From positions 558,001-622,000 of the forward strand of contig LSRY02000037.1 of the NCBI GenBank assembly GCA_001643675.2: a DNA stretch of 64,000 nt. Direction: 5' to 3'. Of the stretch, positions 13,344 through 26,322 are shown piece after piece (the stretch's first letter is position 1; the number at the start of each line of letters is the position of its first letter). A model generated the notes under the pieces. That model made no database searches and was not told the origin of the DNA. It saw only the letters and a program-made list of their open reading frames with translations. Origin of the DNA: Monocercomonoides exilis PA203. Taxonomy: Eukaryota; Protista; Preaxostyla. A program made the position numbers and the translations under genes.

Positions 13344-13960
13344 ATATGATAAATATCTTCAAGTTGATATTTTCTTCTCTTTTTCAATGAGTTGAAATCA
13401 GGGAATTTATTTCTTTAAGAACCAACCTTTCATTTTTTTATTCTTTGGTTATGTTTCATTGTAAGATGCATCCAACTTATCAGACTTGCTCATATTTTCA
13501 AAATTTGTTATCTTTGACAATTGCATGATCGAATTTACTGTATTGGATAAAGAAAAAATAAGATCTCTTTTTTCTGATTCATTTCAGTTAATTGAACGGT
13601 ACTGATTTTCAGTTGTGTTGAAGAAAAGTTGGACCATCAGTTTTAATCTCATCACCTTTGATTTCTTGTTAAGTTTTGAAAGACTAAAACTTGTGTGTTC
13701 CAGATGAAAAGAATTCTCGAAATCAGATTGTTGTGCATTTGTCAATTGTTTAAATACAAATAGAATCAATTTATTTACCCATGAATGGACTGGAAACAAA
13801 CCTGTTATTTCTCGTTCTTCAACTTTGTTCAAACAACCAAAAATATTATGTTCCAAATTATAATGATGGAAATGTTAACATGCCTATTTAATCAGAAAAA
13901 AATTGTAATCATAGAATTGCATTTTTATTCTTTTTTTCCATCCATGATATTCTGAAACAA

Positions 13961-14310
13961 ACCTCTGTGGCATAACAAAAGAAAATTGATACAATGACAA
14001 AATAACTGATAAGATTAATACTATTTGCCTAAAATGGTTTTTTTTTAACGATTTCACAATTTATAATTGCTATAATAATGAATTTAAAAATGGATTAATT
14101 ACAATTCTTATTGTTTTGAAAAAATCGAATTTTAAATAAATATGATCAAGCTCCCAACATGTATTCTTTTTGACGGGAAATGCCAGTTGAGGAATATTTT
14201 TATCACAATTTGTCATTGACCGTCACTGACTGTCACTGACATAAAAAAAAATGGTTGATATTTCTGATGACATTCACAAATCATTTCCAAAGTGCATATT
14301 GAAGTATTTT
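13961..14310 (+). repeat. Orphan terminus related to 8500-8849 (second hAT-like end)
   Basis: ACCTCTGTGG... and GTCATTGACCGTCACTGACTGTCACTGAC are diverged reverse complements of the 8.5-8.85 kb segment. Confidence 0.6.
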
Positions 14311-14736
14311 GACGTTTATATTTTCACTTGTTTTTCTTTATTTTTATTTCATTTATTGATTTTCAATATATTATTTTTTGTTTTTTTTTAATATTTTATT
14401 TTATTTCTATTTATTGATTTATTAATTCTTCAGATGAAATTCAAGAAATTTAACAATTTGTTATGTGAAGGTGTACTTCTGACACATAAGGTTGCTGATA
14501 ATAAATGTTTTTCAATGTCTATTTCTTTTATATTCTCTTCATCTGTGTGCTAGCATTCATTTATTTCCATTTCTGACTCATTATTATGTATCTATTCTTC
14601 TTCATCTATTATTCTTCTTCAAGAATTTTCTGTTTCATTTGTTTCCATCAATTTTTTTGATAATCTTTTTTTCAATTCTTCATTTTTTTAATAAACAAGA
14701 CAATATAAATTTCCTCTTTTTCAAATAAATGTTTTT

Positions 14737-15600
14737 TTACCTTGCAAAGCTATTACCGTAAGCTCTCAAGCAAAAGTCCAAATTATTCTTTCTGATTTTT
14801 GAAAGTTCCTTAATATATGATATCGGTGTGAGCTTGTTATTGAATCGATATTGAAACTCATACACATATTCATTCGTCTTGATGAATGTTCTTCCTCTTT
14901 TATGGACGTTGTTTTCCAGGTGGAACCACACACTTTCTATTGTCTGAGTGTAAACTATAGGATTTTCAGGCTTGAAAAAATTGAGAGAATAATTGACACT
15001 GTCAATTGAAAATCCATTTTCACTGATGAAGTTGTACGCTGACCATTTGTCAGACATAATTGTTGATGATCTCTTTGTGTTCTTTTTCACAAAATACAAT
15101 ACAGAATCAGCTTTTTGATCAGGAAGAAATTCGTCAATCAATTTTTGTGAATTTTGAATTTCTTTTCTTTCGATAACACACCATAACCATTTCTATTCTC
15201 TGCATCTCCCAACACCATTTTTTCTTTTGTGAATTAAAGTTTCATCAATTGATACAATTCCATCTTCACAAATATACTCCATTTCATATGTCTCAAAGCA
15301 ACAATTAATTCTTTTCAACTTTTCAAATAATTTCACAACTGTTTTGTTTGAAATTTTTGTTTCGAATGAGACTTCCTTTATTGTGTGTTTGTACAAAATA
15401 TGAAACAACAGGGATTCAATTTTTGAGAGGTGATAAGAACAATTTCATGAATATAAAATCATAACTCCAACTGAAGAAATTTTCCAATTTTGAGCATTTA
15501 TAAATATAGCAATCACAATCTTTTATAATGTGTTCTTTATTCCATCAGTTTTTCGCACTTCCAGCATGTTCGATATTTTTATATTATCCCAAATTTGGAC
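14737..15600 (-). pseudogene. Second Merlin / IS1595-like transposase, degenerate
   Basis: IVSIDETLIHKRKNGVGR, STIMSDKWSAY, YTQTIESVW and YVYEFQYRFN; stops and frameshifts. Confidence 0.88.
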
Positions 15601-15871
15601 AGCAGTCCAATAGCAAAGTGACATTTGATGTTCAATCGAATCAAAAACTCACGAAAGTGAATTCTTTAACAAATAATTCGTTCTCAACCATGTGTCTTGT
15701 GTAATTATGAATATGAAAAAAAATTTTGAAAAAGTGTATATTCATTATAACTTATTTGAGGATCTGAATCAATTGTTTATTTGTTAATTTCGAATTTGGA
15801 ATAATTAGAAAAAAAATAAATTGTGAAGTGAAATAAAATAACTTTTTTCTCCATTTCAATGCAAAATCAAA

Positions 15872-15873
<2 letters not shown>

Positions 15874-15932
<59 letters not shown>
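15874..15932 (+). repeat. Poly(A) run (~59 nt)
   Basis: Homopolymer seen directly. Confidence 0.95.
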
Positions 15933-15934
<2 letters not shown>

Positions 15935-16270
15935 AAGAAGAAAAAAGAAAAAGAAAAAAGAAAAAAGCAAAAAAACACTCAATCACAACATTGTTTCAAC
16001 TCAATTCAAAATTTTTTGTTTTATAAAAAAAATATTTTGAATGGTAATTTTTTGAATTCTCTAAAAAGAATAGTTATTTTCTTTTTTTGGATGATACCAA
16101 TCGTTCATTCAAACACACGAAGAGACACATTTCCACATTTAATTATATTGATATATTTATGTGAACATGCAAACATAGATCCATCTATTCATTCATTTTT
16201 AGTGAAATTCATTGTTTTTTTTTCCTTCATATGAAATGGAAATTTTTTTCGAAAACAACAAATTGTTTGA

Positions 16271-16443
16271 TTATCAAATGGAATAAAAATATCATATTTT
16301 CATCAATTTTCTGTTCCCACCAATAAAACTTCGCTTTAATGTATTCAAAACCTAAAGAATGTTATTATTTCCATTTAAGTGAAGTTTTATTTTAGGGAAC
16401 AGAAAATTGATGAAAATATGAAATTTTTATTTCGTTTGAATAA
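16271..16443. repeat. Fold-back inverted repeat (~70-bp arms)
   Basis: CATATTTTCATCAATTTTCTGTTCCC...AATAAAACTTC pairs with GAAGTTTTATT...GGGAACAGAAAATTGATGAAAATATG. Confidence 0.85.
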
Positions 16444-16549
16444 TAACCATTTTGGTGTATTTGAACGAATAAAATGAAAGTTGAAAAGAAAAATTTTATC
16501 AGATTCATTGAGCAAAAATGTGATTTCTTCTTTCTTTGATCAAAAGGAG

Positions 16550-17343
16550 AATTATTGTGAGTACATACTTCCTAAACGTTGAAGATTCCATCCATCCGCA
16601 TTTGTTCGGTCAAATCTCAAGATTTGAAGACTGAAGAGGCTTCAAGTCATCAGGAAGTTTGAGGCTCTGTAACAGAATCACTGAAGGAAGTGATTGTCCA
16701 TTAGCTGCGACAGCTGCAATCAGTGTGGAATTCGCCATTCGCACCGGAGAGTTTGTGACAACTGGTTTTGCATTTGCCAAATAAACAATATTCGAATTGT
16801 AGCAGTGTGGGACCCTGATTGATGACTCGTTCATGTAAAATATCAGTGTTTTGTTGCAACTATTGTTCTGATGAAGTCCGTTGAGCATATCATACCAGGA
16901 CTTCAGAACTTGTTGGCATGTATTGCAAGCCTGTTTGCATCAACAATTTTCGGCTTTGAAGTCTTCAGCTCCGGATGTAGTTTGATGAAATCGGAGGCAA
17001 CTGACTCAGAAACTTTAACATCTGGCGTGTTTTCTGGTTTCAAATCATTAACAACGTTTTCAATCACATTAATATTTATTAATTCATTTCAAAGAATATT
17101 TATTCAAACCAGTTCACTCATTTTCTTTGTGGTTAAGCTTGCTCCAGACGGAGATTCTATTTTTATTTCATTCAGCACTGTTTGTTCTTTTTCGCCAATA
17201 ACCACAGCTGTTCTTCCAAATTTTGAAACTAGTCTGCCTTTCCGAACAGCCTTCATATCACGCTTGATTCGAATTTTGTTATAATTTTTGATGTTGTTTT
17301 CATCCGCCAAACGCACAGCTCCATCATTAACAATATGCTCCAT
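16550..17343 (-). pseudogene. pogo/Fot1-like (DDE_1) transposase fragment
   Basis: LIFYMNESS (cf. FNxDET), TLIAAVAANGQSLPSVIL and NKCGWMESSTF; truncated and frameshifted. Confidence 0.7.
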
Positions 17344-18834
17344 TCGCTCCAGCGGATTCCGAAATTGCAGATATTTGAATGATAGCTACGCTTCAAGCAG
17401 CTTCAGCTGACACGCAGTAGATTACCTTGCAACTTCCTTTTTCATTTCATTTCATTTTAATTTTTATTTATTTTTTTTTTAATTATCACAAATACAATTT
17501 TATATATAAATTAAATAAATTCATAAATTATTCAAAAATAATGTTAATTTGAAGATAATAAAATACAAATTTTAGATATTTAATGATATTAATAATTCTT
17601 CTCAATCACAAATAAAAAATAAAAAAATATTTAAAATCAATAAAACATAACAATAAAATATCGTAATTATTCAATCAAATTTTACAATGAAAACTAATAA
17701 AATATAAATTAACGATTCAACATTTAATGTTAATGTGATTTAAATAAAACAACTCATTTATGTCTAGACTTTTGACTATCAGAATTATTTTCAAACGATT
17801 TACTGAAAATTATGCAATATATTAATTACTAATTATAAATTATTTTGTTTGTTTCGAAAATAATTAGTGTTTTTTCATTTTCTTGAAACAATATAATTGA
17901 AATGATAATTTTTATTAATAATTATTTAAAATCATTAATAAATGATTGTTATTCATGATATTGTGTATATTATTTTTCTTTTAATCATTTTATAAATTCA
18001 TTTGTTACATTTTAGTATTATCATATGGGAAGGAATTCTTTCATTTATAAAAAAACTGAGATTTGTTCCTAACATTTTCGAAAGTTATTTCATAATTAAT
18101 TAATTATGTAAATACAAATAATAATAGAAACATATTTTAATTGAGAAAAATATTTTTTTGAACATACAAAAATAAAATTCATAAAGCAATATGTATTATC
18201 CCACATTCATTAAAAATTTCATTGTTCTTATTTTTTTTATAATATGGTTGTTTTAATTTTTTGAAAAATGCATTATTTTTTAATTATTTAAAGAAGTTTG
18301 TTAAATAATGTGATAAGATAATAGGGGAATACAGTTGAAATTTATCGTTAAAGTTTTAAATATTGGTTTTTTGAATTTAAAAATTTATATATTTATTTTC
18401 TTTTATTATTTTCGTTAATTGTTTTTAAAATAAAGAGTTTTTGAAATTTTGATATTAATTTTGATAATTATGAAAAGGTATTAATTATTTTTATAAGATA
18501 AATATGTATTTAAAAACTGAGTATTTCTTTTGAAAACTGTTCAAGTTGTGAATTGGTATTGTTTCAAAAAATTATAAACATAAAGATATTGGTATTTATC
18601 TCAATATTTTTTTTTTAATGAGGTTTGAATTAACTGAATCAAAAGATATGATTATAACAATTATTGTAGTTTAATTATTTGAGAGATTATTTGGAAAATA
18701 ATTTTTATGAACAGCGAAGATAACATTTGTTTGAAGTGTTTTGCAAAGATTATTAATGATATGATAATTTAACATTTTTTGAACATTTGAAAAATAATTT
18801 CAGAAAAGAAAAAAATGATAAATTAAAAAGAATT

Positions 18835-18907
18835 TGACCCCTGAGGGAATTGAACCCCCAACCTTGAGATCTGGAGTCTCACGCGCTACCAATTGCGCCA
18901 AGGAGTC
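18835..18907 (-). tRNA. trnW: tRNA-Trp (CCA)
   Basis: GACTCCTTGGCGCAATTGGTAGCGCGTGAGACTCCAGATCTCAAGGTTGGGGGTTCAATTCCCTCAGGGGTCA forms a full cloverleaf: 5-bp anticodon stem, CCA anticodon, GTTCAA T-loop, no intron. Confidence 0.97.
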
Positions 18908-18909
18908 TT

Positions 18910-21900
18910 GATTAGAAGTAGAACTCGGACGAATTTTCATTGTCGCATCGAACTGACAGAGTAGAATCAATTTTTGTTCATCTTATTTGGAGTGACTCAA
19001 TCACATCGAATGTTTCTCAATCTCAGTTTGGTCGAAATTGTTATTTTCATGATCAAAGTTTTTGATCAAACATTTTATTGTTTTGTTCGTTATTAACCTT
19101 TAAATAGTTAATACTTGATGATTTTTTGATATGTTGTTGTCCGTTAGACAGTTTTTTCATTAACAGTTGAATTATTTCTTCCACCTTTGTTAGGTTCGGA
19201 TTTTTATTAACCTTGTATTTTTTGCAGTTGTGATGTGGTTTTCAACTTACTATTTTCAAATCGTTCGATATTAGATTTCATTTTGTGTGAATAACGTTTT
19301 TATATTCGATTTATTTATCATTTTTTTATTTAATTGAGAATTTTAAACTTTTTTGGTTTTCTTATGTGTTGTATTTTCTTAACCTGATCATTTTTTGATA
19401 TTTTGAATGTTTTGGTAATAAATAGCAAACAAAAGGCTTTATGTGATATTGTTTTTTGTTATTTTGTTATTTTCAGAAAAATCGAAAAATGTGTTAAAAA
19501 ACAAATAATTCTAGTTTGTATTGTTTAATTATTAAGTGAAAATAGGAAAAGGAGTTCAAATATGATTTATAAATTAACCAATTTCAATTTCAAACTAAGA
19601 AATTTTCATTAAACTTGAAAATTTTATAATTTTTTTTTATTCTGAAAAAAAAGTCTTTGAAATGTCAAATAAACGATATTTTTTTTATAATAATTGATAT
19701 TGACAAAAAGAAAATAAAAGAATTTGTTTAAAAAAATTATTGTTAATATCTGATCATGGGAACCAGAATTGGTGGGATCGGATGTGACTCAGTCACATTG
19801 AATTTGATAAATCAAAATTGTTTTATATCTATCTTTATAAGCCTTGACACATCTTATTCTATATGAGTGAATAAATTCGTACAAGTTCTAGTAGACCTTA
19901 AACGAATTGAGCGGGTCAATTCGAATTGATTAAGTTAAAACGTTTTTTGTTTGTTTTATTGGTTTTGACTCAATCAATTCGGTTTTCCCTCAATCTTATT
20001 TGTGATCAAAAATACAAAAATTATATATCAATTTTGATCATTATTCTTTGAAGTTTTTTGTGTTTTCTGTTACAGAGCAGTTTGCTTTTATTAATTTTTT
20101 TATATGTGTATCTTTAGTATGTTATTAATATATTTGCGTTAAGTATTTTTATGATCATGATAAATTCATCGAAATTTTTGACACAAGTATTTTAAGTTAT
20201 TTTTGATTTAATAATAAGTTTTTAATGTTCAAACTGTTATTAATTGTTTTGATTATAAAGTTAGTATTCATTATTTCGTTGGTTTTGTTTCAGTTTTATT
20301 TTGAAAAGATGTTATTTATTGAACTATTGTTTTTTCATAAAACTTTGTCTGAATTATGAACTTTATATTCTATCTTTTTTATTTTTTATAAAGAAAAGAA
20401 TTGGTTAAATGATAAGTGGTTGAAAAATTTTTCAATTCGAATTTCTATCATTGTTTTTTCTGTTTTTTTAAATTTCGTTATATGTTTCCAATTCTTTTTT
20501 GATCATTGAATTTTTTTCTTCAAATCAATCAAATTTTAACAAAATATAAAAAACAAAATGTTTTTAATGAAAAATTTGTTAAAATAAAAAATTTATATTG
20601 AATAAAGAATTTTGAAAAAATCAAAACTTAGAATCTTTCGTTTTTTTAATAAAAATCATTTGCATTATAATTTTTATGAAATATAATTCATTTATTCTTT
20701 AAATATTGAAAGATATAAACAACTTAATTTTTGAAATTTTCTATTGATCATGCACCCAGAATTGAATCAATTGGTCTTGAATCAATCAAAACGGTTTTGA
20801 GTCTAACTTTTTGGTTTTTAATGTCACTTATTGGTATTAGACTGAGCTAACGGGTATTGATTAGATAATTTCGTTTAAGGTTTAGTGGAACTTGATTGAT
20901 TTGACTGAGTCGCGAAAATGTGACTCAGTCAAATCGATTTTAATCTGGTTTATCGAATTTATCTATTTTTAATCGAATTTCCCTCAATTTCACAAACAGC
21001 GAAATTGTGATTTTTATAATCACAAGTTGTGATCGAACATTTTTTTTTTTGTTCGTATTTGTCCTTATTATTGTTATTATTGTGTGAATTTTTGATATGT
21101 TTTTATTTTTTATTTGTATATTTTGTAATAAACTATGTTTTTGTTGTTTTCTTATTTTGATTCTGGTTTTTTGAAACTTTAAAATTTCGCAATTGTGACT
21201 CAGTTGTTAATTTTTCCTGTTGAAATCGAGCCAACTTTGTTTATGTTTTGATCAATTAACTATTTCATATACATTTTTTTTGTTAATTTTCAATATTTAT
21301 AAACAATTAAACTTTTTTGTGTTTTCTTAACTGTTATGTGTTTATTAATCAATCATTATTTGATATTTTTTCATTTCGAATAAAAAATAAAAAGAAAATA
21401 TGATTCTAAAGCTTCTTTTTTTGTATTTTTTTCTTTTTTCTGAAAATATTAATGAAATGGAAAAAACAAATGAAACTTGTTCTTAATAATGAAAAATGAA
21501 ATGAAAATAACTTTATCTCAATTGAAAATAAATAAAAATCATTTCAAAACAATGACAATTGAAAAAACCAGGAAAAACAGAAAAATATCTGTAAATTTCA
21601 AAAACTGACAAATTAGAAAACTATTTAAAATGAAAAATCATTATATTCAATTAAAATGATATAAAATGAGATGTTAATTATTAATTTTTATTACAAAATT
21701 TTTCATAAATATTTTGATCATGACACCCAGAATGGAAATGATCGGATGTGACTGAGTCACATCCAATTTGACTGCATCTTAATGGCATTAGATCGATCTT
21801 ATTGGATGTTGACCGATCTAATGCCACTTGACGCAGTCAAATCAATCAAGTTCTAGTAGACGTTTTTCGAATCTTGAGCAAATAATAAATTTGATTTTGT

Positions 21901-22400
21901 AACATAGATGTCAACCTCTTTTTTTGGAATTGATTCAATCAAATTGGAACTTTCTCAATCTCAATTGGTCCAAAATAGGAATTACGAAATGTTTGAAAAA
22001 CTGATCTTATTATTATTTTGTTTCTTCTTTTATTTGATTCCTTCGTTTCGATTATTCACAAAACTTTGATATTTTATGCATCTTTATAAAATACATGGTG
22101 TTTTGATCTGTTTTCAGCAAATTTTGAGTTTCTTTTTAGTTCAAAATGTTTGCATTTGTTTTTAATTCTTTCACATGATATCCTTGCGATTGAGCATTTA
22201 TATTAATTCTTATGATTATTTTCATATGTTTCAAGCTATTAACAGCTGTGACGTTTTATTTTAAATCAGGATCATTATTAATTCTATTTCAACGTTAATG
22301 TCAAATAAAACTCAAGTGAAAACAACTGTTTTTGTTTCATTTCATAATTTTTCATAAATATTATATGACATACAGAAAATAAGTTATATTTTTTATTCTC
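18910..22400. repeat. Diverged tandem array of ~1-kb non-coding units with TGACT(C/G)AGTCA palindromes
   Basis: Block GATCATG..CCAGAAT..GTGACT(C/G)AGTCAC..GTT(C/T)TAGT(A/G)GA recurs at ~19750, ~20745 and ~21715 (partial at ~18950), and again at ~24040 and ~26385. Confidence 0.75.
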
Positions 22401-22416
22401 TTTTATTTTTTTTTTT

Positions 22417-23980
22417 TTAAAAAAAGGTGAATGATTGAAAAATAGAAATAATAAAAGAAAAAACTAATTTCTTTGTTCCAAAAGAAGCCTTAAAGGACTT
22501 GGCGTAATTCTTTTCGCCTTTTCTGCTTCTGATGAACGTGGAGTTGTAGGGAAAAGGAGATGAAGAAGATGCAGAAGAATGTTGGATTGATTTCCACTGA
22601 CCTGGTAAACACCAGGCCATAGAATTATCATCTTCGTCACAATCATTTTCTTCCAAATCAATCCTTTTCGTTTCATTTCTATCTTTTTCTTCTTTTTCTT
22701 CGATTTTTCGCTTTTCTTTCTTTTCTTCTTCACATTTCTTTTTCAGTGCGCCTTCCTTTTCATTCTGTGAAATATCTGAATAAAAAAAAGAGAAAATATA
22801 ATGGTTGAAAGAGTTATCAAAAAAAATCAAATAAAAGATAATGAATATAAATATGGGTAAAGTAATGAATAATAAACTGTCTATTTGTGCGTGTAAAGTA
22901 GTTATTGTGGGTGTTATTGACAAGCTCGGATTCAATCTATTTTTCAATTTTATTCGATATCTCTCATTCGCTATTTGTCTTGCTTTTTGTTTTTGGAAAT
23001 GCTCCGTCCACAAGTTGTCCAAAATACGCTGATTTGCTTCCCCATCTGCTCTTGTCAATGGATTTCGTAATATATGAAAATTGGTCAAACAACAAGCCAC
23101 ACAGAAATAATCAGCAACCCTTTCAACTTCAAATGGGCACTGTCTTCTAAAAACTGAAAAGAGGGTCTTCAGACGACCGAAAAACCGTTCCACGATGACT
23201 CGATGAGTTGCTAGCTCTGGTGTTCCCACTGGTTTGGTGATAATTGCAGCCAAATCAGGTCTCGCTCCTATGTAAGCCGAATCAGCCAATATTTTTACCC
23301 CTCCCAAACGATCCAAAAATTGAGGATAATGATCTTTAAAGACTGTAAAGTCATGAGTAGAGCCAGAATAAATTGCACTGATAGTACTTACTGTCCCAAC
23401 TTTGGGATTGACTCCAACCTCAGCTTTCACACAATATGTGTGATGTTTCCCGCTAAAAAAACTTTTTCCCAAAGTCTAATCGACCTCCAGGTCTGTTGAT
23501 GGGAATGATTGTGCAGTCCAAAACAATTCCAACCTCCTTCATCACTTCAATCCTGTCAGGGCGAAATGTCAAAAACAAATCTGCTAATGGAGCTCTGATA
23601 TGAGTTACAATACTGTGAAGAAGTCTGACAAGAGCGTTTTGAGTTTCATAGAAACGTGTGGATAATAAAAGTGTGAGTGTTGTTGAACCGTGATGAAGAA
23701 AAGTGAGTAACAAGAATAACTGTTCATCAAAATCGTTGATTGCTTTCAGTTTCCCTCGACGATGAGGAACTTCCATTTGAAGAATGTGAATGAGAAAATC
23801 AAATTCTTCTTTTGTGAATCCAGTGAGTCGAAGAAAAGAAGAAACAGGATCATCAAAAAAGTCACAAGCTTTTTTGATGATGGAAATTTTTTCTTCCTTT
23901 TGTAGTGATTCATTCCGTTGTGGAATAATATTTCTCCTCTCCACACTCTTCAAAACTTCCAAAAAATTTGAATGTGACAT
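22417..23980 (-). pseudogene. PIF/Harbinger-ISL2EU (IS5-like, DDE_Tnp_4) transposase, frameshifted
   Basis: IVLDCTIIPINRP, FSGKHHTYCVK, GSTHDF, LADSAY and RVIVERFFGRLK; frameshift in A/T run at ~23460. Confidence 0.88.
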
Positions 23981-24799
23981 CAGAAAAAAATAAGAACAAC
24001 TTTCGTTTGATCAAAACCAAATATTGAAATTTTGTTATTAATGATCACGAAACCAACATTTGTGAATATGAATGTTATTGAATCAAATCAAATAAGTTTG
24101 ATTCTATTCGGTTTTCAATCGATATTATTAAGTGTTAATATATCTTTTGCGGATGCATCAAATAAAATACAAAAGGTTCTAGTTTTTGTTTGAATTTTCC
24201 CTGCCGCACCAAAGTGATAGAGTCACAACGTATTATATATTTCAAAATGAATGTTATTCAATCAAAACGGAACTTTTTCGCTCTCAAAGTGGTCAACTCG
24301 AGGAATTTCAATTTTTTTTGTTTTGTAAGTTATGATCTTAACTATTTTTGTTTCTTTAATAACTTAGTCAATATTATGAGTTTGGTTTTAACATTTTGTT
24401 TGTATGTTAGTTATATATTATTAAAACTTTTTATGATCCGTTTTTTGAGTTTTGTTTATTTTTTGGACAGTGCATTTATATCATGTTTTCATGCAATTTT
24501 AACGAGTATAAATAACTTTTAACCATTTTTAACTATATATTTTATATATTTAGTATAAATATGAAAGTTCTAAAGGTTTTAATAATATTTTTTTAATAAA
24601 TTCAGACATTTCTTATATATATATATTTTTTTGTTTTGAGTATTTACATGCCAACAATGATAATTAATGAAAATTTCTTGTATTTTTATTTATGTTTTAT
24701 ATTAATTTATATAAAAAAACAAGTCATTAGGAGAATCATATTATTAATGGAAAAAAATGTTAGTGAAGTGAATAAAAAAATAAAAAACAATAGAAAAAC

Positions 24800-26322
24800 T
24801 CACTGTCTTTGGTTTAACAAGCTCTGCAATGGGGTTTCACTTGCTCTTTTTTCTTTTATTGAAGCACTAGAGGAAGAAGCAGAAGGAAAGGAAGACGATG
24901 TTGAGGGTTGCTGAAGGTGAAGAGACCTCCACTGATTAGGTAAAAACCAACTTGATAATTCGTCACTGTTTCTTTCTCTTTTTACATCTTCATCTCTTTC
25001 GTTGATTATTATTTCATCTCTCCTTTTCTTTTCTTCGACAGTTTTCTTTTCTTTCTTCTCCTTTTCATCATTTCTTTCTTTTTCTCTTCGATCTTCCCCA
25101 GTTCGCTGCTCTTGGGCTTCAGAATTGCCTGAAAAACACAGTTATGGTAATGAAAATATAAAAACAAGTAAAATAAACATTATAAACATTAATATGGGCA
25201 AAAAAATAAAATCATACTAATATCTTTTGCAAGCAAAGATGAAACACTGGGAGTTAGTGGCAAGTCAGGGTTCAGTCTATTTTTCAGTTTTGCTCGATAT
25301 TTATTGTTGGTCACCTTTCTTGCTCTCATTCGATTTAAATAGTTAATATGCAAGTCATTGACAAACCTTCGATTTGCTTCAGAATCCTTATCAGTCAGCG
25401 GATTGTGCAGAATGTGAAAGTTTGCCAAGCAGCACGCAACAGAAAAGTAACTTCCAACTCTGAAGACTTCAAAAGGCCAAGGATGGCGAAAGACCGCGAA
25501 AAGAGTCTTCAATCTTCCAAAGAAGCGCTCAACGATTACGCAGCGAGAAGCAAGGTGTGGAGTTCCGACTGGTTTGGATATTATGGCATCAATTTCTGCT
25601 CTTGCACCAATGAAAGCGGAGTCTGCGAGCACTTTTGATCCTCCTGGAAGAGCCTGAAATTGAGGGTAATGATCCTTAAAAATGTTAAAATCGTGTGTGC
25701 TGCCTGTATTCACCGAACTGAGCGTGCATGCTGTGCCAATGCGAGGGTTGACTCCAACTTCTATTGTTACTCAGTATATGTGGTGCTTCCCACTTTAATA
25801 CTTCTCTCCAAATTCCAAACATCCAGCAGGCCGGTTGATAGGTATGACTGTACAATCCACAACCACTCCAACATCTTTCATGTCATCTAACCTATCTGGC
25901 CGAAATGTTAACAACAAATCAGCCAAAGGTATTTTTAAATCATTCACAACACTATGAAGAAGTCGAATTAATATATTTTGTGTTTTGAAAAATGAAGAAT
26001 AAATAATATTTGTAATTTTTTTAACACATTGAAAAAAACCGAAAGATGTTAAACAGTCCAGACACTCAAAATTTTTCAACGCTCTTTCTTTTCCTCTGTG
26101 ATATGGAATTTCCTTTTGAAGAAGTTTCATCAGAAGATCAAATTCACAACAAGAAAAACCTGTAAGTCTGAAAAATGCCTTTGATTTATCTCCTTCAAAT
26201 TTTTGACACGCATTTTTGATCAAAGACTCTTTCTCTTCAGATTCCTCGAGATGCGTTGGCTCAGAAATGCGATTTCTTTTCTCGACTTGAGTCAAAAGAC
26301 TTATAAATGTTGATTGAGACAT
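24800..26322 (-). pseudogene. Tandem paralog of the Harbinger-like transposase
   Basis: VVVDCTVIPINRP, EKY*SGKHHIY*V, GSTHDF, LADSAF and VIVERFFGRLK; in-frame stops. Confidence 0.88.

Larger units (their letters stand above)
11354..13450 (+). pseudogene. Decayed paralog of the Sola-like transposase core (interrupted by MITE at 12332)
   Basis: IFSPNEKRIISKPKVQLWKEF...ISLSHFYKL, FCDSGPHNHN and FAYHHGKSVVDGEFG align with the 58398-61844 protein. RYF|DKY across the MITE matches RYFEEY. Confidence 0.85.

Noticed and set aside
15874-15932. Poly(A) tail of a retroposed element
   Set aside because: No associated SINE/LINE body or TSD visible.
18835-18907. tRNA-Trp as a UGA-readthrough variant
   Set aside because: The anticodon stem is a canonical 5 bp, not the shortened 4-bp form.
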